Source: an uncultured delta proteobacterium | GTDB lineage: Bacteria; Myxococcota_A; Polyangia; Haliangiales; Haliangiaceae | Length of the DNA: 64,000 nucleotides | NCBI GenBank assembly: GCA_963848295.1 | Contig: CAWKDB010000010.1 | Coordinates: 1,248,001-1,312,000, forward strand | Direction: 5' to 3' | Notes under the pieces: model-generated | What the model was told of the DNA's origin: nothing | Database searches by the model: none | What the model saw: the letters and a program-made list of their open reading frames with translations, nothing else | Part shown: positions 41,633 to 50,303 of the stretch, one piece after another | How positions within the stretch are numbered: the stretch's first letter is position 1 | Layout of the letters: the number at the start of each line of letters is the position of its first letter | Program-made: the position numbers and the translations under genes

Positions 41633-42607
41633 ATGTCTGCCGCGCCGGCCCCTGCGCCGATCTCCTCGACCGACATCGGGCTCGTGCGCAAGCTCGAGGA
41701 TGCAGTCGGCAGCGTGATCCGAGGCAAGCCCGACGCGATTCGCGCCGCGATCGTCACGCTGTTATCGCGCGGGCACTTGTTGATCGAAGACATCCCCGGC
41801 GTCGGCAAGACCACGCTCGCGCGCGCGCTCGCGGCGGCGCTCGGCGGCGCGTTCCGCCGCATCCAGTTCACGAGCGACCTGTTGCCGTCCGACATCGTCG
41901 GTGTGTCGATCTACGACCAGGCCGGCAAGGTCTTCGAGCTCAAGCGCGGACCGATCTTCGCGAACGTCGTGCTCGCCGACGAGATCAACCGGACGACGCC
42001 GCGCACGCAATCGGCGTTGCTCGAGGCGATGAGCGAGGGCCACGTCACGATCGACGACACGACCCACACCCTCGCCCAGCCGTTCGTCGTGATCGCGACC
42101 CAGAACCCGGCCGAGCACTACGGTACGTATCCGCTGCCCGAGTCGCAGATGGACCGGTTTCTGCTGCGAATCTCGCTCGGCTATCCCGGCAAGCAGATCG
42201 AGCGCGCGCTGCTCCGCGATCGCGCCGGGGGCGATCCGATCAGCGCGTTGCAACCGGTCGTCGATCTCGGCGCGGTGCGCGCGCTGCAAGACGGCGTCGA
42301 GACGATCCGCGTCGAGGATGCGCTGCTCGACTATGCGATGGCCGTCGTCGAGGAGACGCGGCGTCATCCCGCGATCGCGATCGGCGTTTCGACCCGTGGC
42401 GCGCTCGCCTGGTATCGCGCGGCGCAAGCGACCGCGCTCGCCGCCGGCCGCGACTTCGTCGTCCCCGACGATCTCAAGGGCCTCGCGATTCCATGCCTCG
42501 CCCATCGCGTCGTGCTCGCGCAAGCGCACGATTCGCTGTCGCGGGTCCGGGCCGATGGCGAGCGCGTGCTCGGCGAGATCGTCGGCCGCATCGCCGTCCC
42601 CACGTAG
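41633..42607 (+). CDS. MoxR-family AAA+ ATPase
   Basis: [44 protein letters not shown]. Confidence 0.96.
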   Translation: MSAAPAPAPISSTDIGLVRKLEDAVGSVIRGKPDAIRAAIVTLLSRGHLLIEDIPGVGKTTLARALAAALGGAFRRIQFTSDLLPSDIVGVSIYDQAGKVFELKRGPIFANVVLADEINRTTPRTQSALLEAMSEGHVTIDDTTHTLAQPFVVIATQNPAEHYGTYPLPESQMDRFLLRISLGYPGKQIERALLRDRAGGDPISALQPVVDLGAVRALQDGVETIRVEDALLDYAMAVVEETRRHPAIAIGVSTRGALAWYRAAQATALAAGRDFVVPDDLKGLAIPCLAHRVVLAQAHDSLSRVRADGERVLGEIVGRIAVPT

Positions 42608-42611
42608 CCGC

Positions 42612-43760
42612 ATGGCCTGGTGGAATCGCCTCCGGCGTCGTTGGCGGCCACCGCGTCGGCTGACGTTCACGCGCGAGGGACGGATCATCGTGTTCTTGTC
42701 GGTCGGCGTCGGATTCGCCGCGATCAACACCGGCAACAACCTCCTCTATCTGCTGCTCGGCTGGCTGCTCAGCTTCATCATCGCGAGCGGCATCTTGTCG
42801 GAGCAGACGTTGCGCGGCCTCGTCGTCGACCGCCGGCCGCCCGCGAAGATCTTCGCGAACGAGCCGTTCCTGATGGAGGTCGTGATTCGCAACACCAAGC
42901 CGATGCGCGCGTCGTATTCGATCGAGGTCGAGGACTTGATCGGGCAGCACCCCGCGGTCCCGATCGACAAGCGTTGCTACTTCTTGAAGATCCCCGAGGG
43001 CAAACACCAGCGGACGTCGTATCGCCACACGTTCACGCGGCGCGGCGTCTACACGATCGCGGGCTATCGGCTCGCGACCAAGTTCCCGTTCGCGCTGTTT
43101 CGCAAGTCCAAGGATGTCGACGAGCCGCTGCAGATCCTGGTCTATCCGGCGCGGATCGCGGTGCACCGGCCTCCGTCGCGCGCGCAGGTTCACGGCGAGA
43201 CCACCGCGAATCGGCTCGGCCGCCGCGGCGAGTTCTTCGGCCTGCGCGAGCGCCGCCCCGGCGACGACCGCCGCGATATTCACTGGAAATCGAGCGCGCG
43301 CACCGGCCGCTTGCTCGTGCGCGAATACGAAGACGAGCTCGCCCGCCGCGTCGTGATCGTCGTGGACAACGCGTTGCCGCTCGCGGTCCGCGACGCCATC
43401 GCCGCGGGTTCGACCGACGAAGCGATCGGGCCGTGGTCCGAGGGCATCGGCTCGCTCACCCCCGCCGACGAAGCGAAGGTCACCGCGGTCGAGCGCGCGA
43501 TCTCGACCGCCGCGAGCCTCGCCGCGACCTATCTCGAGACCGGCTGGACGGTCGAGCTCGTCGCTCGCGAGACCCATGTCCCGGCCGGCGTCGGCCGGAT
43601 GCACGAGGCGAAGATCGGCAAGGCGCTCGCGTTGCTCGGCTACGTGTCCGACGAGGTGGCATTCGCGACGATCGCGCCACGGGTCGAGACCGTGTTGATC
43701 CGGCCGCGCGGCGTCGAGGTCATAGGTCGGCCGCGCACGAGCTCGGTGGTGGACGTATGA
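42612..43760 (+). CDS. DUF58-domain protein
   Basis: AAINTGNNLLYL, FPFALF, GLRE..PGDD.RDIHWKSSAR. Confidence 0.92.
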   Translation: MAWWNRLRRRWRPPRRLTFTREGRIIVFLSVGVGFAAINTGNNLLYLLLGWLLSFIIASGILSEQTLRGLVVDRRPPAKIFANEPFLMEVVIRNTKPMRASYSIEVEDLIGQHPAVPIDKRCYFLKIPEGKHQRTSYRHTFTRRGVYTIAGYRLATKFPFALFRKSKDVDEPLQILVYPARIAVHRPPSRAQVHGETTANRLGRRGEFFGLRERRPGDDRRDIHWKSSARTGRLLVREYEDELARRVVIVVDNALPLAVRDAIAAGSTDEAIGPWSEGIGSLTPADEAKVTAVERAISTAASLAATYLETGWTVELVARETHVPAGVGRMHEAKIGKALALLGYVSDEVAFATIAPRVETVLIRPRGVEVIGRPRTSSVVDV

Positions 43761-45916
43761 AGTTCGCGGTCGCCCACAAGCTGACGACCTATCTCATGGT
43801 CGGCTGCGCCTACCTCGCGATGATCGCGGGCGGCACGATCGCGCCGCCGATCGCGTTCGCCGGCCTCGTCGCGTTCGTCGCGTCGTGGTGGTGGGAGCCG
43901 CCGCGGATCCGACTCGAGCGCTGGACGTGGCTGTGGACGGTCGGCTCGCTGCTCGCGCTCGCGTATTGCGCGCTCACCGCGATCGCGACCGGCGATTACC
44001 TCGGCGTCGGCGCCGAGTTCTTGATCTGGTTGATGATCGCAAAGGCGTTCAACCGCCGCGCCGCTCGCGATTGGCAGCAGATGTACTTGCTCGCGTTCTT
44101 GATGCTCGTCGCGGGCTCGGTGCTCGACGCCGATCTGTCGTACGGCCTGTGCTTCCTGGGCTTCGTGATCGCGTCGACCTGGGCGCTCACCCTGTTTCAT
44201 CTGCGCCGCGAGATGGAGGACAACCTCCTGATCAAGCACGCCGCCGATCGCTCGTCGGAGCGCGTCGAAGTGCGGCGGATCCTCGACTCGAAGCGGATCG
44301 TCGGCCGGCGGTTCTTCGTCGGTACCGGCCTGTTGTCGTTCGGCGTATTTCTCGCCGCCGCGATCGTGTTCCTCGCGCTGCCGCGCGTCGGCTTCGGCTT
44401 CTTCTTGAAGAGCCGGAGCAGCCTGCTGCTCACCGGGTTCTCCGAGAACGTCACGCTCGGCGGCCACGGCCTGCTGAAGTCGGATCCGACCGTCGTGATG
44501 CGCATCGAGATCGACAGCCGCTACGGCGGCCGCGACGCGCCTCAGATCCACTGGCGCGGCATCGCGTTCGACAGGTACGAGGGCGGCCACTGGAGCCGAA
44601 CCGCACGAGCGCCGAAGACCAACGACTCGGTCGACCGGCCGAGCGCGGGCGTCGATCGCCACGAGATCGCATGGCGCGACGTTCCGATGGGCGATCCCGA
44701 CAGCACCGCGATCAAGCAAGAGGTCTGGCTCGATCCGATCGACTCCGACGTGCTGTTCGGCGCGAGCCTACCGCACGTGTTCGAGCTCGCGTCCGTGGTC
44801 CGGCGCTCGATGAAGGACCTGCGCAACGACGAGATGCGGCTCGATCACTCCGGCACGATCCACTACACCGTGTGGTCGCAGCTCGCGCCGCCGAGCGCCG
44901 CAGCGCTGCGATCGGCGGAGGGCCCGCTGCCGGCGGGCTACGAGGTGTATCTGCAGCTGCCGGACACGGGTCGCCACGCGATCACGCAGCGCACGCGCGA
45001 CCTCGCGCGCACGATCACGACGCCGTTCGCGAACAACTACGACAAGGCGGTCGCGATCGAGCGCTGGCTCGACCGGAACCTCAGCTACTCGCTCGAGCTC
45101 GAGGAGCCGCACAGCGAGCCAGTCGACGACTTCTTGTTCCGGCGCAAGCGCGGCCACTGCGAGTACTTCGCGTCGGCGTTCGCGGTGCTCGGGCGCGCCG
45201 CCGGCATCCCGACCCGGGAGGTCGATGGGTTTCTAGGCGGCGAATGGAACGAATACCAGGGCTACGTCGCGGTGCGCGCCGGAGACGCTCATGCCTGGGA
45301 CGAGGTCTACTTCCCGGGGCGCGGCTGGGTCACGTTCGATCCGACGCCGCCGGGCAACGACACGCTCGATCGCGGCGGTGATGGCTGGCGCGCGCGGCTC
45401 GGCCGGTTCCTCGACACGTTGCGGTTCCAGTGGTCGAAGTGGGTGATCGAGTACGACCTGGTCGCGCAGCTGGGGTTGTTCAAGGACATCGGCAACGCGC
45501 TCTCGCGGGCGGCGATCGCCACGCGCAACGCGGTGTTCCACCACTGGCCGATCGGCCTCGCGGGCGTCGCGCTGATCGCGCTTGTCGTCGTGATCCGGCG
45601 CAAGCGGCGCGGCGATCCGCGCGCCCCCGCGCAAGCGAGGGCTCGACCGCGCACGCGTGGCCCGATCGCGCAGCTGTTCGACCGCGTGGCGAAGCAGCTC
45701 GCGAAGGCCGGCGTGGCGCGCGAACCGGCGACCACGCCGCGCGAGCTCGCTGATCGGCTGAAGGCGCGGGGCCACGCGACCGCGCTGCCGGTCCGGGAGC
45801 TGGTCGAGCTGTACTACGCGGCGGAATGGGGCGGCCGGCGCGATCCCGACGCCGAACGCCGCGCCGCGGTGCTCGCCGAGGCGATCCGCGAGGCGCTCGT
45901 CGCGCGACGGCGGTGA
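43757..45916 (+). CDS. Membrane transglutaminase-like protein (TgpA/DUF3488 + TGase + DUF4129-like)
   Basis: Multi-TM N-terminus; GHCEYFAS, AHAWDEVY, WVTFDPTP catalytic motifs; ATGA coupling. Confidence 0.93.
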   Translation: MKFAVAHKLTTYLMVGCAYLAMIAGGTIAPPIAFAGLVAFVASWWWEPPRIRLERWTWLWTVGSLLALAYCALTAIATGDYLGVGAEFLIWLMIAKAFNRRAARDWQQMYLLAFLMLVAGSVLDADLSYGLCFLGFVIASTWALTLFHLRREMEDNLLIKHAADRSSERVEVRRILDSKRIVGRRFFVGTGLLSFGVFLAAAIVFLALPRVGFGFFLKSRSSLLLTGFSENVTLGGHGLLKSDPTVVMRIEIDSRYGGRDAPQIHWRGIAFDRYEGGHWSRTARAPKTNDSVDRPSAGVDRHEIAWRDVPMGDPDSTAIKQEVWLDPIDSDVLFGASLPHVFELASVVRRSMKDLRNDEMRLDHSGTIHYTVWSQLAPPSAAALRSAEGPLPAGYEVYLQLPDTGRHAITQRTRDLARTITTPFANNYDKAVAIERWLDRNLSYSLELEEPHSEPVDDFLFRRKRGHCEYFASAFAVLGRAAGIPTREVDGFLGGEWNEYQGYVAVRAGDAHAWDEVYFPGRGWVTFDPTPPGNDTLDRGGDGWRARLGRFLDTLRFQWSKWVIEYDLVAQLGLFKDIGNALSRAAIATRNAVFHHWPIGLAGVALIALVVVIRRKRRGDPRAPAQARARPRTRGPIAQLFDRVAKQLAKAGVAREPATTPRELADRLKARGHATALPVRELVELYYAAEWGGRRDPDAERRAAVLAEAIREALVARRR

Positions 45917-45925
45917 TGTGACCGA

Positions 45926-45954
45926 TTGACACCCGTCATACAAAACCGTAGATT
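45926..45954 (+). promoter_or_regulatory. Sigma70 promoter of the TA operon
   Basis: TTGACA-N17-TAGATT. Confidence 0.7.
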
Positions 45955-45971
45955 TATCGGCGGAAGTCCCG

Positions 45972-46241
45972 ATGAGCAAAGAGACCCAGATCTCGGCGCA
46001 GATCACAGAGTCCACTCGCGAGCTGCTCGAGCGCCACGTCCGGAAAACCGGCGTGAAGAAGGGCCACCTGGTCGAGCAGGCGCTGCTCCATCACCTCCAG
46101 GCGCTCGACGAGCTGCCGGCCGAGCTCGTGATCCATCCGCGCATCGTCGTATCGAAGCAGACCGGGGTCGATCTGCTCCGTCGTGCGGAGTCGGCCGAGC
46201 CGACGCCGGCGCTGCGCGAGCTGTTGCGCGATGCAGATTAG
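45972..46241 (+). CDS. Ribbon-helix-helix antitoxin of a GNAT toxin
   Basis: 89 aa, TQISAQI beta-strand then helices; C-terminal PTPALRELL resembles TacA/AtaR tails; overlaps the toxin start. Confidence 0.75.
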   Translation: MSKETQISAQITESTRELLERHVRKTGVKKGHLVEQALLHHLQALDELPAELVIHPRIVVSKQTGVDLLRRAESAEPTPALRELLRDAD

Positions 46242-46761
46242 GGCGCTCCGCCCCGAGGACAACCGCGCTGCTTTTCACTCCGGTGACGATACGCTCGACC
46301 GGTTCTTCCATCGCTACGCCGCGCAGAACCAGTTTCGCCACTACCTCGGCGTCACGTACGTCGCGCTCGAGCACACCGCATCGCCCGGCCGCATCGTCGG
46401 CTTCGCGACGGTCGCACCGCGACACATCGACATCGACGATCTGCCCCAGAAAGCCCGCAAGGCGTTGCCGCGATACCCGGTACCGGTCTTGGGACTCGCG
46501 CGCCTTGCGGTCGACCTGGACGCGCAAGCGATGGGTGTCGGCTCGCAGCTGTTGCGCTTCGTCTGCCAGCTCGCGCTTCGTCTCGCCGGCGAGGTCGGGT
46601 GCGTGGGAGTCGTCGTCGACGCCAAACCAGACGCGACCGCGTTCTACGCCAAGTACGGCTTCACGCCGTTCGATGTGCTCGAAGGGTCGGCGGAGGCACG
46701 GCCCCGCCCGATCGCGATGTGGTTGCCGATCCGGGCGATCAGGGCGGCCCTGCCTCGGTGA
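46231..46761 (+). CDS. GNAT toxin (TacT/AtaT-like tRNA acetyltransferase)
   Basis: RAAFHSG...LDRFF, PRYPVPVLGLARLAVD, VVVDAK..ATAFYAKYGF. Confidence 0.88.
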   Translation: MQIRALRPEDNRAAFHSGDDTLDRFFHRYAAQNQFRHYLGVTYVALEHTASPGRIVGFATVAPRHIDIDDLPQKARKALPRYPVPVLGLARLAVDLDAQAMGVGSQLLRFVCQLALRLAGEVGCVGVVVDAKPDATAFYAKYGFTPFDVLEGSAEARPRPIAMWLPIRAIRAALPR

Positions 46762-46860
46762 CGCGAGCCACGCCACGGCGGTGCCAGATTGGCGCTTACT
46801 TGAGTCGGAGATCGCCGCGTGTTATCGAGAGTCGTCGTCGGAAAACGCGCTCCTCCGCGG

Positions 46861-46876
46861 CGGCCCACCCCTTGCA
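46861..46876 (+). promoter_or_regulatory. Candidate sigma54 promoter
   Basis: CGGCCCACCCCTTGCA (GG-N10-GC). Confidence 0.5.
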
Positions 46877-46889
46877 AACCAGGTCCCCG

Positions 46890-49160
46890 ATGCTGCGCTC
46901 AGCTCTGCTCGCCATCGTCCTCTGTGCGGGCTCGGTCGGCGTCGCCCACGCCCAGCTCGCCGACGGGTCGACGTTGTCGTTCACGATGAAGTTGTTCCTA
47001 CACGAGAACAACAATCAGACGCCGACGCTCCCGATCACGCAGCCGACGTCGCAACAGCACTACTTCAATTACGCCCACTGCGTGTGCAGCGCCCCGGGCG
47101 TCCAGCGCACGGTGTCACCTTGGTACGAGAACACCTTCGCGTGGCAGATCGAGCTCAACAACCCGGTCACGCCTCAGCACATCCCCCTGGAGATCTGGGT
47201 CGGCGACAGCTGCAGCGCGGACGCGGTCACCCGATCGATGCAGTGCCATCAGATCACGAGCGCCGGCGTCTCCGATATCTCGACGCTGACCAGCTCGGGC
47301 GGCGGCTTCGCGCAGCCCGAGGTCCCGGTGTTCGACCTGATGGAGCCGACCCCCGGCGCGACCGAGTGCGACCAGCAAGTGCTCGCGGCGAACGAGTGGA
47401 TCGTCGTGAGCACGATGAACACCGGCGTGCCGGACTACTTCGTATCGCAAGAGATCGACACCGACTCGTTGCCGCCACCGGTGCCGACCGTGTTCCAGGC
47501 CGAAGGCGCGGAGAGCGCGATCAACCTGTCGTGGACCGCGGCGAGCGGCAACATCGCCGACATCGCGTACTACCAGGCACTGTGCGCGGATCCCGAGGGC
47601 AACCCCGTCACGACGAAGCCGCTCGCCGCGCGCTACATCACGCCGCGTACGCTGTGCGGCGCCTCGACCGACGCGTGCCTCACCGCGATCACACCCTCGA
47701 GCCCACAGCCGCCGATCATCGACCTCGACGCCGGCGTACAGGATGCCGGCGTCGACGCAGGCGTATCCCAGACGTGCACGACCCCGCCCGCCGACTTCCC
47801 GACCGGCCTGTCGCAGCTCGATCCCGCGTTCATCTGCGGCGAGACCACGAACCCGACTGCGACGAGCTTGCGGATCGAAGGCCTCAACGACAACGTGCCA
47901 TATAGCGTCGAGCTCCTCGCGATCGATCTTGCGGGCAACGCCGCCGGCGTTTACTTCACGTCGACGCTCACGCCCAAGCCGGTCACCGACTTCTGGGAAG
48001 ACGTCCACGACCGCGGCGGCGACATCAAGGGCGGGCTGTGTCTGATCGCGGAGACCTACGGCGACGACAACCCGCTGACCAGCATGATGCGATCATTCCG
48101 CGACGACACGCTGGGCCAGACCGCGTATGGCCGGTGGCTGAGCAAGGTCTACTACGCATCGATCGGCAAGCTCGGCGCGGTCGTCCACGGCCACATCGTG
48201 TTGCGGATCATCTCCGGCGTGTGCCTGCTGCCGCTGATCGCGCTCGCGCTGCTGTGGCATCTGTTCACGCTGCCCGGCCTCGTCATCCTGAGCGCGCTCG
48301 TCGTGATGCGCCGGCGCAAGCTGCTGCGCGCTCGGCTCGTCCGCGTCGGCGCGACCGCCGCGATCGCGCTGTGCGTGCTCGCTCCACGCGTCGCGCGCGC
48401 GCAAGGCACGCCGTACTGGGATAACGCGCCCGACGCCGACATCAACCAGCCACCGCCCGCCACCGCGGACCAAGCGGATCTCGTGAAGTGGCACGTCTCG
48501 GTCGCGGTCGGTCCGTACACGCCGCAGATCGACAAGCAGCTCGGCCTCACGCCGGGGCCGTACAAGGCGATGTTCGGCGGCTACTCGATCCTGCCGCAGA
48601 TCACGCTCGACCGCGTGTTGTGGCACAAGTACGGCCAGCTCGGGATCGGCGCGAGCATCGGCTACATGAGCAAGAGCGCTCACCCGTTCCAGGACATGAC
48701 CGATCCGAGCGATCCGGATCGGCCGCGGTCGTCGGGCGACACGAACTCGTTCACGCTGATCCCGACCGCGCTCACCGCGTTCTATCGGTTCACGATGCTC
48801 GACGACGACTACGGCATCCCGATCGTGCCGTACGCGCGCGTCGGCCTCGACTACTACGTGTGGTGGGTCAAGGCGCCGAACGGTGGGTTCGCGAAGGTGT
48901 GCAACGACGGCGGGATGGAGCCCGATTGCAGCCAGAACAAGGCGCTGGGCGCCAGCCTCGGCATCCAAGGCACGATCGGCATCTCGATCCGCGCCGAGCG
49001 GATCGACGCGGCCGCCGCGCAATCGATGCACGACGGCGGCATCGAGCACGCCGGCTTCTTCGGCGAGGTCGAGCTCGCCGACGTCGACGGGTTCGGCGAG
49101 TCCGGCAAGCTGTCGGTCGGCGACACGACGTGGTTCGCCGGCGTCGACTTCGAGTTCTAG
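46890..49160 (+). CDS. Fusion: Cys-rich/FN3-like exported domain + CFI-box-CTERM + C-terminal outer-membrane beta-barrel (MXAN_2562-like)
   Basis: Signal peptide; INLSW..YSVELLAIDLAGN (FN3-like); CLIAETYG..RSFRDD.L..YGR...YY; TM segments; second signal-like segment; ends WFAGVDFEF. Confidence 0.8.
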   Translation: MLRSALLAIVLCAGSVGVAHAQLADGSTLSFTMKLFLHENNNQTPTLPITQPTSQQHYFNYAHCVCSAPGVQRTVSPWYENTFAWQIELNNPVTPQHIPLEIWVGDSCSADAVTRSMQCHQITSAGVSDISTLTSSGGGFAQPEVPVFDLMEPTPGATECDQQVLAANEWIVVSTMNTGVPDYFVSQEIDTDSLPPPVPTVFQAEGAESAINLSWTAASGNIADIAYYQALCADPEGNPVTTKPLAARYITPRTLCGASTDACLTAITPSSPQPPIIDLDAGVQDAGVDAGVSQTCTTPPADFPTGLSQLDPAFICGETTNPTATSLRIEGLNDNVPYSVELLAIDLAGNAAGVYFTSTLTPKPVTDFWEDVHDRGGDIKGGLCLIAETYGDDNPLTSMMRSFRDDTLGQTAYGRWLSKVYYASIGKLGAVVHGHIVLRIISGVCLLPLIALALLWHLFTLPGLVILSALVVMRRRKLLRARLVRVGATAAIALCVLAPRVARAQGTPYWDNAPDADINQPPPATADQADLVKWHVSVAVGPYTPQIDKQLGLTPGPYKAMFGGYSILPQITLDRVLWHKYGQLGIGASIGYMSKSAHPFQDMTDPSDPDRPRSSGDTNSFTLIPTALTAFYRFTMLDDDYGIPIVPYARVGLDYYVWWVKAPNGGFAKVCNDGGMEPDCSQNKALGASLGIQGTIGISIRAERIDAAAAQSMHDGGIEHAGFFGEVELADVDGFGESGKLSVGDTTWFAGVDFEF

Positions 49161-49205
49161 CAGCCCACTGCCGGCGTGGATCTCGAGCCCGATGGCTCGT
49201 CGAAG

Positions 49206-49241
49206 GCCAGTCTTGCCATTCGGGCTATTTTGGCTATATTG
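49206..49241 (+). promoter_or_regulatory. TA promoter/operator with four 9-bp-period repeats
   Basis: GCCAGTCTT/GCCATTCGG/GCTATTTTG/GCTATATTG overlapping TTGCCA-N16-TATATT. Confidence 0.55.
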
Positions 49242-49246
49242 GATGC

Positions 49247-49594
49247 ATGCGCGATGACTCGGTGAAGCGTTTGCGTGCATCGCTCCGCTCGGTGACCACG
49301 GTGGCTGCGAGCGACGCCAAGAACCAGTTCGGTCAGGTGCTCGATTCCGCGCTGCGCGGGGGCGCGGTGGTCATCACCAAGCACGACACGCCCAAGGCGA
49401 TCCTGATGTCGATCGAGGAGTTCGAAGCCATGACGATGCCACGGCAGAGGCTCGACGCGCTGACCACCGAGTTCGACACGATGTATGCGCGGATGCAGAC
49501 GCCCGAGGCGCGCGCGGCGACGACCAAGTTGTTCGCCGCAACGCCGGCCGCGCTCGGCGCCGCGGCCGTGAAGGCAGCGCGTCGCAAGAGGTAG
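49247..49594 (+). CDS. Phd/YefM-family antitoxin
   Basis: VAASDAKNQFGQVLD..AVVITKHDTPKAILMSIEEF. Confidence 0.88.
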   Translation: MRDDSVKRLRASLRSVTTVAASDAKNQFGQVLDSALRGGAVVITKHDTPKAILMSIEEFEAMTMPRQRLDALTTEFDTMYARMQTPEARAATTKLFAATPAALGAAAVKAARRKR

Positions 49595-49598
49595 CCGC

Positions 49599-50240
49599 GT
49601 GGGACAGATCTTGGTGCTGGCCGGGACCAACGGCTCGGGCAAGACCAGCGTGGCGGGTGCGTTCCTGCGGGCGCACGGCGGCACCTACTTCAATCCCGAC
49701 GAGGTCGCGCTGGCGTTGGTGACGAGCCAGCCGTCGCTCGCGATCCGCGAAGCGAACAGCCTCGCCTGGCACGAGGGCAAGCGGCGGCTCGAGACCGCGA
49801 TCGCGGCCGGCCACGACTTCAACTTCGAGAGCACGCTCGGCGGTCGGAGCATCACGCGGTTGCTCCAGCACGCGATCGATGTCGGCGCCGAGGTCGTCGT
49901 CTGGTACGTCGCACTCGCGAGCCCCGAGCTGCACCTCGAGCGCGTGCGTGCGCGCGTCACCGAGGGCGGACATGACATTCCCGAGGCGGAGATCCGCAAG
50001 CGCTACGACACGAGCCGGCTGAGCTTGATCGACCTGATGCCCGGGCTCGCCGAGCTCCGGGTCTACGACAACAGCAAGCACGCCGACCTCGCGAACGGCG
50101 AAGCGCCCGAGCCGCGGCTGATCCTGGCGATGACGAAGCAGAACATCGTCGATCACTGCGCGCTCGCGACCGCTCCAGGGTGGGCCAAGCCGATCCTCGC
50201 GGCGGCGTTCGCGATCGATCCGGCGCCGCAGCGGCGCTGA
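49599..50240 (+). CDS. Zeta-toxin-like P-loop kinase/ATPase
   Basis: LAGTNGSGKT, FNPDE, FESTL, RVRARVTEGGHDIP, VYDNS. Confidence 0.88.
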   Translation: MGQILVLAGTNGSGKTSVAGAFLRAHGGTYFNPDEVALALVTSQPSLAIREANSLAWHEGKRRLETAIAAGHDFNFESTLGGRSITRLLQHAIDVGAEVVVWYVALASPELHLERVRARVTEGGHDIPEAEIRKRYDTSRLSLIDLMPGLAELRVYDNSKHADLANGEAPEPRLILAMTKQNIVDHCALATAPGWAKPILAAAFAIDPAPQRR

Positions 50241-50303
50241 CGATCGCGTCGGGCTGCTGCCAGTCGCCGAGCCACCGCGCGATTCCGTGGTAACGAAGTG
50301 ACC

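Noticed and set aside
41633..45916. MoxR-DUF58-transglutaminase operon as a novel system
   Set aside because: A widespread, already described gene triad
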